Below, piece after piece: positions 1 to 9,431 of a DNA stretch of 39,189 nucleotides (its first letter is position 1; every line of letters begins with the position of its first letter). Made by a program: the position numbers and the translations under genes. The stretch lies in assembly GCA_902465425.1 (NCBI GenBank), contig CABQNA010000001.1:1-39189 (forward strand), in the 5' to 3' direction. Origin of the DNA: an uncultured Collinsella sp. GTDB lineage: Bacteria; Actinomycetota; Coriobacteriia; Coriobacteriales; Coriobacteriaceae. Under the pieces are notes generated by a model. It did no database searches. It saw only the letters and a program-made list of their open reading frames with translations, and was not told where the DNA came from.

Positions 1-1402
1 CCGGGGTATCGAGCCCCTGCGGCTGATCGAGCACAAAGGTGCTCTGGGCAACCTGCAGCGCATGAAGCATGTCCGCCTCGGTCGCGTCCTCGTTGCCAAA
101 GCGCAGATTGCTTGCCACGGTGCCCGAGAACAGCCATGCCTTCTGCGGCACATAGGCAATGCGCCCGCGAATCTCGTCTTGCGAAAGGCCGCGCAGGTCG
201 ACGCCGTCCAGGCGAATGGCGCCCTTGGTGGCATCGTGGAAGCGCAACAAGAGCTTGGCCACCGTCGACTTGCCCGAACCCGTCGAGCCGACGATCGCAG
301 TCGTCTGACCGCGGCGACAGGCAAAGCTCAGGTCGCACAGGGTGTCCTCGTCGGCATCGTCAAAGCGAAACGACATGTGATCGAACACGGCGACCGCATC
401 GGCCCCGTCCTTTGAGTCGGACGCGGCCGCATCAAGCGTACGCTGGCCATCGACGATGCTCGGCTCAATCTCCAGCACTTGCTGTGCACGGCTTAGGCAT
501 GCCGCGGCGCGTGGCAGCGTTAGCACCACCATCTGCGCCATCATCACAAAGAACAGAATCAGGATTGCGTACTCCAGCACCGCCGAGATGCTCGCGATCT
601 GCATGGCGTGGGCGCCCACGCGGTTGCCGCCAACCCACAGCACCGCTACCTCGGCGATGTTCATCAAAAAGAAGCTTGAGCTGTCGAGGCCCACAAACAG
701 GTGGTTGACTTTGATGGCGTTGGCGGCGTAGTCGCTGAACACCTCGTCCAGGCGCCGCTCCTCGTGACGCTCCTTGTTAAACGCACGGATGACGCGCACG
801 CCCACGATGTTTTCGCGCAGCACCACGTTCATGCGGTCGATAAAGCTCTGCAGGCGCATAAAGATCGGCGCGGCGTTGGCAACGGTAAAGACCGCCGCCA
901 CCAGCACGATCGCAACCACCACGCCCAGCAGCGTGCCCATGGCAGGATCGATAAACCAGGCAAAGATGATGCCCGCCACGGCCAAGAACGGTACCGGCAG
1001 CACCAACTGAATCGTCTGAAGGACAGCTTGCTGAATCACGTTGATGTCGTTGAGCGAGCGCGTGATCATCGAACCCGTGCCAAAGCGCTCAAAGTCGCTG
1101 GCGGACAGCTCGAGCGACTTGTCGTACACGGCATTACGGATATCGCAGGCCACGTTGGCGGCCAGGCGCGCCGAAAGATAGCAGCCCAGCACCGTGCCGC
1201 CGCTGGCCATGCCGGTCGCGATAAGCATGTACAGGCCGTTGCGTAAAATATAGTCGACATCGCCCGTGGTAATACCGGTGTTGACCATGTTCGCCAGCAT
1301 CGTGGGAACCAACAGCGTACCGACGTTATCTATCAGCACCGCAAACAGCGTCACCGCAATCAGACCGCGGTACGGCCTCATAAACCTCATTAAGAGTCGC
1401 AT
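1..1402 (-). CDS. ABC transporter permease/ATP-binding protein (MdlB/multidrug exporter type), 3' end outside the window
   Basis: Translated by hand from ATG at 1402 (MRLLMRFMRPYRGLIAVTLFAVLIDNVGTLLVP...). Hydrophobic N-terminal half and Walker A AIVGSTGSGKST near 260-310. Start overlaps the end of the upstream MarR gene. Confidence 0.93.
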   Translation of the reverse strand, partial: MRLLMRFMRPYRGLIAVTLFAVLIDNVGTLLVPTMLANMVNTGITTGDVDYILRNGLYMLIATGMASGGTVLGCYLSARLAANVACDIRNAVYDKSLELSASDFERFGTGSMITRSLNDINVIQQAVLQTIQLVLPVPFLAVAGIIFAWFIDPAMGTLLGVVVAIVLVAAVFTVANAAPIFMRLQSFIDRMNVVLRENIVGVRVIRAFNKERHEERRLDEVFSDYAANAIKVNHLFVGLDSSSFFLMNIAEVAVLWVGGNRVGAHAMQIASISAVLEYAILILFFVMMAQMVVLTLPRAAACLSRAQQVLEIEPSIVDGQRTLDAAASDSKDGADAVAVFDHMSFRFDDADEDTLCDLSFACRRGQTTAIVGSTGSGKSTVAKLLLRFHDATKGAIRLDGVDLRGLSQDEIRGRIAYVPQKAWLFSGTVASNLRFGNEDATEADMLHALQVAQSTFVLDQPQGLDTP

Positions 1403-1902
1403 GCGTCCCCCTCGCCCTTATCGTCAGTCTCGTTCTCGGCGGCCACTTGCCGTTTAAATGCCTCGCACTCTTCGTTAAGAACATGGGAGAACTTACCGAC
1501 CAAGTGCATGATCTCGCGCTGTTCCCACGGCTCGAGCGCTTCGAATGCCTGTTGCTCGGCTTTTTGCGCCGGCAACGCGTAGCGCTTGGCAAACTGCACG
1601 CCTTCTTCGGTCAGTCGCACAACCTTGTTCTTACGACTGCCCTCGGCAAACTCCAACGTCGCAAGCCCTCGCGCCCTAAGCGTCTTGATCGCCGAATTGA
1701 TGGTCTGTTTGCTGTAGAACCATTCACTCGTCAGCCGACTCACGGCAACGCTTCCGCCCGCCGCACTCGTGTCGACGAGCATCCAGTAGGCGCAGTCCGA
1801 AAGACCGCAGGCGCGCGCGAACTCCGAATAGATACGGTCAAGCCCGTTGAGCATCCGGTCGAAATCGACCAGGCTAACTGCACTATTCATCTCTCCCACC
1901 AT
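1390..1902 (-). CDS. MarR-family transcriptional regulator
   Basis: wHTH pattern YSKQTINSAIKTL...RKNKVVRLTEEG; directly upstream of and overlapping the ABC exporter. Confidence 0.9.
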   Translation of the reverse strand: MVGEMNSAVSLVDFDRMLNGLDRIYSEFARACGLSDCAYWMLVDTSAAGGSVAVSRLTSEWFYSKQTINSAIKTLRARGLATLEFAEGSRKNKVVRLTEEGVQFAKRYALPAQKAEQQAFEALEPWEQREIMHLVGKFSHVLNEECEAFKRQVAAENETDDKGEGDACDS

Positions 1903-1906
1903 TCGA

Positions 1907-1956
1907 TAGTCCGAGTTTTGACCAATTTATATCTCCACATTAGTCCGAGTTTTGAC
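1907..1956. promoter_or_regulatory. Two copies of a likely MarR operator
   Basis: Exact 16-bp direct repeat TAGTCCGAGTTTTGAC at 1907-1922 and 1941-1956, each an imperfect palindrome, just upstream of the marR start. Confidence 0.75.
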
Positions 1957-2007
1957 TATCGTCAATAAGCTCGTTGCCTATGGTCGGCTCTACATAAGCA
2001 TATCGAC

Positions 2008-2043
2008 AAAAAAGACCGCCGGCGCGGGGGCGGCGCCGGCGGT
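2008..2043 (-). terminator. Intrinsic terminator of the 2070-2360 gene
   Basis: Stem ACCGCCGGCGC/GCGCCGGCGGT with an A-run at 2008-2013 (U-tail on the minus strand). Confidence 0.75.
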
Positions 2044-2069
2044 TGCGAGAGAATATCGAGTGTTGGCTG

Positions 2070-2360
2070 TTAAGCAGCGACGGCCTCGTAGACCGTGGCG
2101 CCCGAGAAGCTGTCGTGTAGGCTCTTGCCGCAGATCCACGGCAGCTCGACGACCTCGCAGACCGTGTTGACCAGCTCGGAGCAGTCAGTAAAGTGGCCCT
2201 TGTCGTTGAGGGCCTCGCAATCCTGAACACGCCAATAGCCATCGGTGTGCGTGATGTAGTACTCGTGATCGTTAATCGACACGAAAGCGCGCGTCTTGGA
2301 ACGCAGCAGCTTCAGAAATCCTTCGAAATCGGTCTCGACGACATCTCCAGCCTGGAACAT
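2070..2360 (-). CDS. Small hypothetical protein (96 aa)
   Basis: Strong RBS AGGAGGT before ATG 2360, GC-rich third positions, own terminator; no motif recognised. Confidence 0.8.
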   Translation of the reverse strand: MFQAGDVVETDFEGFLKLLRSKTRAFVSINDHEYYITHTDGYWRVQDCEALNDKGHFTDCSELVNTVCEVVELPWICGKSLHDSFSGATVYEAVAA

Positions 2361-2654
2361 GATGTTACCTCCTGGCCCGGCGCCACCACGGCGCATTAAT
2401 AAACGTTGGTACTCCTTTAGTAAAACCTTTATCAGAGGTTATGCGTTCGTCATTTAGGCAAGTGGTAAAAAACCGCAGGGTAGACGGGATAAAACGTTTA
2501 ACCATCCCATTGGTTTGTCACATTCTGAAGGTACTTTTATGCAAACCTACTTCCCCAATTGGAATCTATCCTTTTGGCCGGGCAATTGACCGTCTATCGT
2601 TTGAGCCCGACGGGTATGAACGGGGCATCTACAACGCCACCGCAAGGAGACACC

Positions 2655-3176
2655 ATGGAGACTATCGAAGCGCTCATTCACCGCCGCAGCTGCCGCAAAT
2701 ACAGCGATCGTCCCGTCGAGGCCGAAAAGCTTGCACGTATTATCGAAGCCGGCCAATATGCACCGAGCGGCATGGGCCGCCAGCCGGTGACGTTTGTCGC
2801 CGTCACCGACCCCGCAACCGTCGAGCGCCTCTCGCAGCTTAACGCCCAGGTCATGGGCAGCAACAGCGACCCCTTCTATGGCGCCAAGGCCGTTGTGGTG
2901 GTACTGGTCGACCGCAGCGTGCCCACGCATCTGGAAGACGGTTCGCTTGCCATGGGCAACCTGCTCAATGCTGCCTATGCGCTGGGTGTCGATTCGTGCT
3001 GGATTCATCGCGCACACGAGGTCTTCGACTCGCCCGAAGGCTTGGAACTGCTGGCCAGCTGGGGCCTGCCCGCCGACGGTAGCCTACGCGGCGTCGGTCA
3101 CTGCATTCTGGGCTACGCCGAGGACACGCTACCCGAGGCAAAGCCGCGCCGCGACAACGTGGTATACGTCAAGTAG
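2655..3176 (+). CDS. Nitroreductase family flavoprotein
   Basis: RRSCRKY, APSGMGRQP and LLNAAYALGVDSCWI motifs; RBS AAGGAG before ATG 2655. Confidence 0.93.
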   Translation: METIEALIHRRSCRKYSDRPVEAEKLARIIEAGQYAPSGMGRQPVTFVAVTDPATVERLSQLNAQVMGSNSDPFYGAKAVVVVLVDRSVPTHLEDGSLAMGNLLNAAYALGVDSCWIHRAHEVFDSPEGLELLASWGLPADGSLRGVGHCILGYAEDTLPEAKPRRDNVVYVK

Positions 3177-3194
3177 CGCAGGAGTGTCCCAAAC

Positions 3195-3229
3195 TGCCGG
3201 CAGAAAAGGAACGTCCCCTTCTGCCGGCA
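3195..3229. repeat. GTCCCC-core hairpin between convergent genes
   Basis: Perfect arms TGCCGGCAGAA/TTCTGCCGGCA around the 13-nt core AAGGAACGTCCCC. Confidence 0.8.
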
Positions 3230-3231
3230 AG

Positions 3232-3807
3232 CTATGTTGATATTTGAGTTGTCGTCGCTTCGCTTGTCTGGGTCGTTTCGGCTTCGCTGCCTTGTTCGTC
3301 CTCGTCCTTTTGCGCATCGGCGATGGTGGAGGCCGCCGCAACGATACCGCGCTGGGGCGCGACACCCGTCTGGGTCTGAGCGCCCTCGACAACTTCTGTG
3401 CCTGCATGCGCGAGCTCGGGCGATTTAAACATTGCGTCCAAGTTGGCGCCACCGCCGGCATATCCGAGCGCAGCGAGCGCGATGACGATCACTGCAACGG
3501 CGGCCACGATCGGCACATAACGATGCCAACCAGCAGGATTGAGCCCACTGCGGCGAGCCGCCCCGCGGCTGATGTAACCAAGCGTGCCGTCGTGCTTGAG
3601 CTTTGAGCCCACCACGCGTTTGCGGCCCCACAGTGAGGACTCTGCCTGCATTGCCAAGCGGGCGCTTGCCGAAGGATAGCCGTATTTAGTGCGCTTGAAC
3701 GAGCCATCAAACCCCGAGGCGTGTTTGCCCCACGTCACCGATGTCGTGCGTCGGTTGACCGGCGCGGCGCTCCGTCTTCTGCGGCTCGGTTTTGAAGTCT
3801 CAGCCAT
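3232..3807 (-). CDS. Hypothetical single-pass membrane protein (basic N-terminus, acidic/Thr-rich C-terminus)
   Basis: RBS GAGGG before ATG 3807; hydrophobic stretch VPIVAAVAVIVIALAALG. Confidence 0.7.
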   Translation of the reverse strand: MAETSKPSRRRRSAAPVNRRTTSVTWGKHASGFDGSFKRTKYGYPSASARLAMQAESSLWGRKRVVGSKLKHDGTLGYISRGAARRSGLNPAGWHRYVPIVAAVAVIVIALAALGYAGGGANLDAMFKSPELAHAGTEVVEGAQTQTGVAPQRGIVAAASTIADAQKDEDEQGSEAETTQTSEATTTQIST

Positions 3808-3891
3808 ATGCCCTCGCACGCCGTAACCAAATCGAAACAATAACGCTTTGGACTGTAGCACACGCGTCGCGCGCGGTCACGGGCGCCTCGC

Positions 3892-5109
3892 TCAACGGTC
3901 ATCGTCCTTCAGCAAGCGCCACAGCGTTGTACGGCTTATGCCCAGCACCTCCGCCGCACGGGTTCGGTTGCCATGGAGATGGTCTACAACCAGATGCGCG
4001 ATATCTCGCTCGGTATCGATCAGCGGTCGCAGGATATACAGGTCGCTTTCGAGTGTCGGGGCGCCAAAGGTTGCGGTCTTAATCACGTCCTCTTGGGCGA
4101 GCACTTCCTCCGCCACAGCGCGATCCACCGTGCCCGCCCCCACCAATATATACAGTCGTTCCGAGACCTCGCGGAGCTGCAGATAATTGCGCGGCCAGCG
4201 GTAAGCATCGAGCGTCTTCGTCGCCGTGGCAGACAGCGTGGGCACTGCCGTCCCAAATGCATCAGCGAGATATTCCAAATAGCGCGCGACCTTCGTCGAC
4301 GCGGCTCCCTGCTCGGCGATTGCCGGCGCCACGCTCACCGCACAGGCGAAGCGCTCGGTCACAAAGGCGGCTTGATCACTTTCGCCGCCGCCCGGCATGT
4401 CATTCGCTGTCAGCACCACATGGCAGCGCGTCGCCAACGCGGTGTCGGCCATCGTGGAAACGAGCTCGCGGAGGCGCTGAGGGCCAACCGCATTCCAGCC
4501 CTCAATGCAAAGGGTCAGCCCCGTTTGGAACAACGGCGATTCGGCGCTTTTGAGCACGTGGCGCCAACCGCGATCGGTGAGTTCATCGAGCGCGACGGAA
4601 ACAAAGGGCTGATCGGCAAAAGGACCGTCCAGATAGAGGCGCTTGGCGATCTCAACCTGACCCGCTCCCAGCTCGCCCTCGAGCATAAGGGGCACACCGC
4701 GCGCGTAGCTCTCGGCAACCGGCGCAGCCACCGAGGCCGCCCCCTCAACGATGCCGTACGCACTCGATTCGTAGCGGGCCTCAACCTCGTCGGCGTTGAG
4801 CCACTCGATGCCCGCATGCGCCGCGGCGCCGCGCACCTCGCGGACCACGACGACCCAAAGGCCCCCGCCCTCTTTGTCGGCGGGGCGAACGGTCAGGCTC
4901 AGGCGCGTACCCGCACGCCCCATAACAAGGCGCGCACCGTCTCCTATACGGTCGAGGCGTTCGGCAACAAAAGCCGCCACATCCCGCTCAAGCGCCGCGT
5001 CATTCATGGTCGAGATCGCGACGTCCCCACGCGCATCGATTGCCAATGCCGAAGCCCCGGCAGCAGCTAGGGCCTCGGTCAAGATGTTCAGTTTGGCATT
5101 GCTATCCAT
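3892..5109 (-). CDS. Fis-type HTH regulator with a degenerate sigma-54-activator-like AAA+ domain
   Basis: C-terminal GNRTRAAEVLGISRTTLWR, YRWPRNYLQL (cf. WPGNxREL) and LEGELGAGQ (cf. GExGTGK). Start placed at the ATG after AGGGG. Confidence 0.85.
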   Translation of the reverse strand: MDSNAKLNILTEALAAAGASALAIDARGDVAISTMNDAALERDVAAFVAERLDRIGDGARLVMGRAGTRLSLTVRPADKEGGGLWVVVVREVRGAAAHAGIEWLNADEVEARYESSAYGIVEGAASVAAPVAESYARGVPLMLEGELGAGQVEIAKRLYLDGPFADQPFVSVALDELTDRGWRHVLKSAESPLFQTGLTLCIEGWNAVGPQRLRELVSTMADTALATRCHVVLTANDMPGGGESDQAAFVTERFACAVSVAPAIAEQGAASTKVARYLEYLADAFGTAVPTLSATATKTLDAYRWPRNYLQLREVSERLYILVGAGTVDRAVAEEVLAQEDVIKTATFGAPTLESDLYILRPLIDTERDIAHLVVDHLHGNRTRAAEVLGISRTTLWRLLKDDDR

Positions 5110-5375
5110 GATTTGCCCCTGTCCGCGGCGACATGCAACCGCCGACGGTCGCACGACCGAGTGTTTCAAAATTGAACGATATTGCCCACCAAACACTATA
5201 GGGCAGAAAGCGCCGTCCTGCGAGTATAGGTGTTGCCCCGCATCGCCATCCTGGCGGGGCGATAAGAGCTCTTCGGGACTTATAAACCTGCGGACAAGCC
5301 ATACCCGCAAGAGCTCCTATCGCTCCACCGCAGGCATGCGCTCACCAGCACGCAGCACGCAAATAAGCTACTTCT

Positions 5376-6410
5376 CTACCAGATTCCCAGCACGTGTTGC
5401 ATCCCCAAACTCATGCACGCAATGCCAATCCAGCAGCAAAAGCCCAGCGCGATGGGCTTGCCGCCCTTTTTGACCAGCTCGACGATATCGGTATTAAAGC
5501 CAATAGCCGCCATGGCCATCACGATAAAGAACTTCGACAGCTCCTTGATGGGCGCCGTGATGGACACGGGAAGCTGAAGCACCGTGGTGATTACGCTCGC
5601 CAGCACAAAGAACAGCACAAACAAGGGAAACGCGCGTTTAAGCGAGAACGTGCTTTTGGCGTCGCCGCCGGCCTTGCGCGCCAGATGCATCTGCCAGCAT
5701 GCGAGGACCAACGTGATGGGAATAATGGCCAGCGTCCTGGTGAGCTTGACCACCGTGGCGCTCTCGAGCACATTGGCGCCGGGATGCATGCTGTCCCAAG
5801 CGCTCGCCGCAGCCGTTACGGACGAGGTGTCGTTGATGGCGGTACCGGCAAACAGGCCAAAGCCCTCGTTGGTCAGCCCGAGCATGCCGCCGAGCGTCGG
5901 AAACACGAGCGCCGCGATAACGTTAAACAGGAAGATGACCGAAATAGCCTGGGCAATCTCGCGATCGTCGGCATCGATGACGGGTGCGGTCGCGGCGATG
6001 GCAGAACCGCCGCAAATCGACGAACCCACACCCACAAGCGTCGCGATCTTACCTGGCACGTTCATAACGCGGCAGAGCACAAAGGCGATGACAAGCGAGG
6101 TCGAGATTGTCGCCACGATAATCGGCAGCGACTGGGCGCCCTTGGACAGAATCTGGGAGAGGTTCATGCCAAAGCCAAGCAGGATAACCGCGTACTGCAA
6201 GACTTTTTTGGACGTATAGGTGACGCCGGCGACGAGCTGTTCGCGACGATTCTTGGGAAAGACGAGCGCCAGGACCATGCCAAAGAGGATGGCAAATACC
6301 GGACCGCCGACCACCTCAATTTGTTTGCCGAGCAACGTCGCGGGAATGGCGATGATCAGGCAGAACAAAACGCCTTTCCAGCGCTCGCGTACGATATTTG
6401 CCAGTTGCAT
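5376..6410 (-). CDS. YeiH/UPF0324 family membrane transporter (putative sulfate exporter family)
   Basis: Signature GSSICGGSAIAA, GTAINDTSSV and VKLTRTL; many transmembrane segments. Confidence 0.92.
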   Translation of the reverse strand: MQLANIVRERWKGVLFCLIIAIPATLLGKQIEVVGGPVFAILFGMVLALVFPKNRREQLVAGVTYTSKKVLQYAVILLGFGMNLSQILSKGAQSLPIIVATISTSLVIAFVLCRVMNVPGKIATLVGVGSSICGGSAIAATAPVIDADDREIAQAISVIFLFNVIAALVFPTLGGMLGLTNEGFGLFAGTAINDTSSVTAAASAWDSMHPGANVLESATVVKLTRTLAIIPITLVLACWQMHLARKAGGDAKSTFSLKRAFPLFVLFFVLASVITTVLQLPVSITAPIKELSKFFIVMAMAAIGFNTDIVELVKKGGKPIALGFCCWIGIACMSLGMQHVLGIW

Positions 6411-6554
6411 ATGGGATTCCTTCTTTCTATTTCACGTTTGCGACGGCTTATGATACGGCAACATTGAGCGCAGCCTTGCGCAAACACAGACTAAGATGCC
6501 GCAATAGTTCTCAGGCAACAGCCGAATTACCCACCGCGGAGAGCTGATTCGCGG

Positions 6555-6580
6555 CATAATTAACAACTGACATATGAGTT
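6555..6580 (+). promoter_or_regulatory. Possible -10 box and autoregulatory operator of the GntR gene
   Basis: CATAAT at 6555-6560 followed by the imperfect palindrome AACTGACATATGAGTT (6565-6580). Confidence 0.4.
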
Positions 6581-6603
6581 TGATAGAACAGTTGCGAGGC
6601 GCT

Positions 6604-7305
6604 ATGGAAGAATCGATGCACGTCGGCGAGCAGGAAACGAGCCTACAGGACCAGTCCTACCACACCATTCGACGCAAAATCGTCTACCTGGACTACAAGC
6701 CGGGCGAAAAGCTGGGCGTCAAGCAGCTTTGCGATGACCTGGACATGGGTCGCACGCCCGTGCGCGAGGCTTTGGTTCGCTTGGCGCAGGAAGGCCTGGT
6801 GCGCACCGTGCCCCAGAGCGGTACCTACGTCTCACCCATCAACCTCACCCTTGCCGAGAGTGCCTGTTACATCCGCGAACATCTGGAAAAGCAGGTGATC
6901 GTGGAATGCTGTGCGCGCGCCACGTCGGCTGGCATCGAGCAGCTCGACCGCGCCATCGCGCTGCAGGAAAAGGCCATGGCCGAAGAGGATCGCATCGGCT
7001 TCTTTTTGAGCGACAACCTCATGCATCACATGATTTTTAGCATCGCATGTCGCAGCACCGTGTGGTCGTGGCTCGAAGAGACCAATGCCGACCTGGAGCG
7101 CTTCCGCTGGCTGCGCGCCGCCACACAGGTTCTCGACAATCAGGACATCGTGAACGAGCACAAGCAGATTCGCCGCGCCATCGCCGGTCGTGACCCCATC
7201 GAAGCGAGCTTTTTGGTCAGCAAGCACCTGCACATGATGTTCCGCAACCAGACCGAGGTTCTGGACCAGTTCCCCGAGTACTTCGAGACCAGCAAGCTCC
7301 GCTAA
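6604..7305 (+). CDS. GntR-family regulator (FadR/FCD subfamily)
   Basis: HTH PGEKL...MGRTPVREALVRLAQEGLV...SGTYV and an FCD-like C-terminus (EHKQI...HL). ATG 6604 follows GAGG; alternative start 6574. Confidence 0.92.
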   Translation: MEESMHVGEQETSLQDQSYHTIRRKIVYLDYKPGEKLGVKQLCDDLDMGRTPVREALVRLAQEGLVRTVPQSGTYVSPINLTLAESACYIREHLEKQVIVECCARATSAGIEQLDRAIALQEKAMAEEDRIGFFLSDNLMHHMIFSIACRSTVWSWLEETNADLERFRWLRAATQVLDNQDIVNEHKQIRRAIAGRDPIEASFLVSKHLHMMFRNQTEVLDQFPEYFETSKLR

Positions 7306-7348
7306 CCTGCCAAAAAGGGACAGGTTCATTTTGGCAGGTTTTATCTGG
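7303..7348 (+). repeat. 46-bp palindromic dispersed repeat, copy 1
   Basis: TAACCTGCCAAAAAGGGACAGGTTCATTTTGGCAGGTTTTATCTGG; near-identical to copies at 9488, 12502 and 14589. Confidence 0.95.
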
Positions 7349-7356
7349 TCAAATGC

Positions 7357-7396
7357 AAAAAAGGCCCGGCTCCATCTTGATGCGGAGCCGGGCCTT
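7357..7396 (-). terminator. Intrinsic terminator of glmS
   Basis: Stem AAGGCCCGGCTCC/GGAGCCGGGCCTT with an A-run on the left. Confidence 0.8.
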
Positions 7397-7421
7397 AGTC
7401 GCTAGGACGGCGGAATATTAG

Positions 7422-9269
7422 TTATTCCACGGTCACGCTCTTGGCGAGGTTACGGGGCTGGTCGACGTCGCAGCCGCGCAGGATGGCGACCTCGCGGGCG
7501 AGCAGCTGCAGCGGGACGCTCGCCGTGATGGGGCTGAACACGTCGCGGACTGCCGGCACGCGGATGATGCAGTCGGCGATCTTGTTGATCTCCTCGTCGC
7601 CCTCGGTGGCAACGACGATGACCTTGGCGCCGCGCGCCTTGCACTCCATGAGGTTCGACACGGTCTTGTCGTAGGTGGCGCTCTTGGTGGCCACAGCGAT
7701 GACGGGGAAGCCCGGGTCGATCAGGGCAATAGGGCCGTGCTTCATCTCACCGGCGGCATATGCCTCGGCGTGCAGGTAGCTGACCTCTTTGAGCTTAAGC
7801 GCGCCCTCGTAGGAAATGGCGGCACCCATGCCACGGCCCACGAACAGTGCGGACTGCGCGTCCTTGCACAGCAGGGCGGCCTCATGCACGGCCTCGGTCT
7901 GGGTATCCAAAATCCACTGGATCTGCTCGGCCGTATCGGAAAGCTCGCGGAACAGCATGCGCGCCTGCTTGGTGGTCAAGCGGTACTTGACCTGCGCCAG
8001 CAGCAGGGCCAAAAGCGTAAGGCTCACGACCTGGCCGATGAAGCTCTTGGTCGAGGCGACCGCGATCTCCTTGTTGGCCTTGGTGTAGATGACGCCGTCG
8101 CTCTCACGCGCCACGGGGCTGCCCACCACGTTGGTGATGCCGAAGACCTTGGCGCCCTTGATGCGCGCGTCGCGGATGGCGGCGAGAGTGTCGGCCGTCT
8201 CGCCCGACTGGGACACGGCCACGACGAGCGTCGTCGGCGTGATGATGGGGTTGCGATAGCGGAACTCGCTGGCCGCCTCCACCTCGGTGGGGATGCGAGC
8301 CCAGCCCTCAATGAGATTCTTGGCAATGAGGCCAGCGTGATAGCTGGTTCCGCAAGCGATCACGTAGACGCGGTCGATGTCGTTGAGTTCCTCGAGCGAA
8401 AGGCCCAGCTCGTCGATGTCGAGCTCGCCGGCCGGCGTCATACGACCGACCAGCGTGTCACGCACGACGCGCGGCTGCTCGTGGATTTCCTTGAGCATAA
8501 AGTCGGGATAACCGCCCTTTTCTGCCATGTCCAGGTCCCAGTCGATGTGGGTGACCTTGGGCTCGATAACGTTGCCGGCCTCGTCGGTGTACTCGACGCC
8601 TGCGGGCGTGAGCTTGGCAAACTGACCGTCCTCGAGCACCACGACATCGCGGGTGGCGTCGATGAGCGCGATGACATCGGAAGCAACATAGGAGCCGGTT
8701 TCGCCCGCGCCGACCACGATCGGGGAATCCTTGCGGGCCACGGCGATCACGCCGGGCTCGTCAGCGCACACGGCGGCCAGACCATAGGCACCGACCACGT
8801 GGGTGCAAGCCTCGCGCACGGAGGCCATCAGGTCGTGCGTCTCGGCATAAGCCTCTTCGATCAGATGCGCGAAGACCTCGGTATCGGTCTCGCTCTTAAA
8901 GTGGTGGCCGCGGCCCTCCAGCTCTTCGCGCAGCTCGGCGAAGTTCTCGATGATGCCGTTGTGGACGATGGCGATACGACCGTCGCAGCTGGTGTGGGGG
9001 TGAGCGTTAACGACGGAGGGCTTGCCGTGGGTGGCCCAACGGGTGTGGCCGATACCGCAGGTAGCGTCGCTGTCAATGTTGGAAAGCTCGCTCTCCAGGC
9101 CCGCGACCTTGCCCACGCGGCGGATGACGTCGAGGTGCGCCGCGGCGCCCTCGCCCACCTCGAGCGCGACGCCCGAGGAGTCATAGCCGCGATACTCCAT
9201 ACGCTTGAGGCCCGTGACCAGGATGTTCTTTGCAATATCAGAGCCGGTGTAGCCGACGATTCCGCACAT
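7422..9269 (-). CDS. glmS: Glutamine--fructose-6-phosphate aminotransferase (isomerizing)
   Basis: MCGIVG N-terminus, YRGYDS, GHTRWATHG, SQSGETADT and C-terminal PRNLAKSVTVE. Confidence 0.99.
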   Translation of the reverse strand: MCGIVGYTGSDIAKNILVTGLKRMEYRGYDSSGVALEVGEGAAAHLDVIRRVGKVAGLESELSNIDSDATCGIGHTRWATHGKPSVVNAHPHTSCDGRIAIVHNGIIENFAELREELEGRGHHFKSETDTEVFAHLIEEAYAETHDLMASVREACTHVVGAYGLAAVCADEPGVIAVARKDSPIVVGAGETGSYVASDVIALIDATRDVVVLEDGQFAKLTPAGVEYTDEAGNVIEPKVTHIDWDLDMAEKGGYPDFMLKEIHEQPRVVRDTLVGRMTPAGELDIDELGLSLEELNDIDRVYVIACGTSYHAGLIAKNLIEGWARIPTEVEAASEFRYRNPIITPTTLVVAVSQSGETADTLAAIRDARIKGAKVFGITNVVGSPVARESDGVIYTKANKEIAVASTKSFIGQVVSLTLLALLLAQVKYRLTTKQARMLFRELSDTAEQIQWILDTQTEAVHEAALLCKDAQSALFVGRGMGAAISYEGALKLKEVSYLHAEAYAAGEMKHGPIALIDPGFPVIAVATKSATYDKTVSNLMECKARGAKVIVVATEGDEEINKIADCIIRVPAVRDVFSPITASVPLQLLAREVAILRGCDVDQPRNLAKSVTVE

Positions 9270-9379
9270 AAGATAAATCCCTTCGTTCGCGTGACTGCAA
9301 GACGTCCACGCACAAGGGGCGCTGAGACGTACAACGTTCGAGTATTGTACTCACGCAAACGCAAGCTGATATACCAGAA

Positions 9380-9403
9380 GTGGTATCTTAACTTAGATAC
9401 CAC
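9380..9403. promoter_or_regulatory. Palindromic operator-like site upstream of glmS
   Basis: GTGGTATCT-N6-AGATACCAC, about 30 bp upstream of a minus-strand TACAAT (9344-9349). Confidence 0.6.
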
Positions 9404-9431
9404 CCGATGCACACACGTCCAGCCGGTCTAA

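Noticed and set aside
9270..9349. Canonical glmS ribozyme
   Set aside because: Only about 50 nt lie between AGCGCC and the start codon, and the downstream conserved core and P3/P4 are not recognisable. Kept only as a low-confidence finding.
7737..9431. 564-aa plus-strand ORF
   Set aside because: Antisense shadow of glmS
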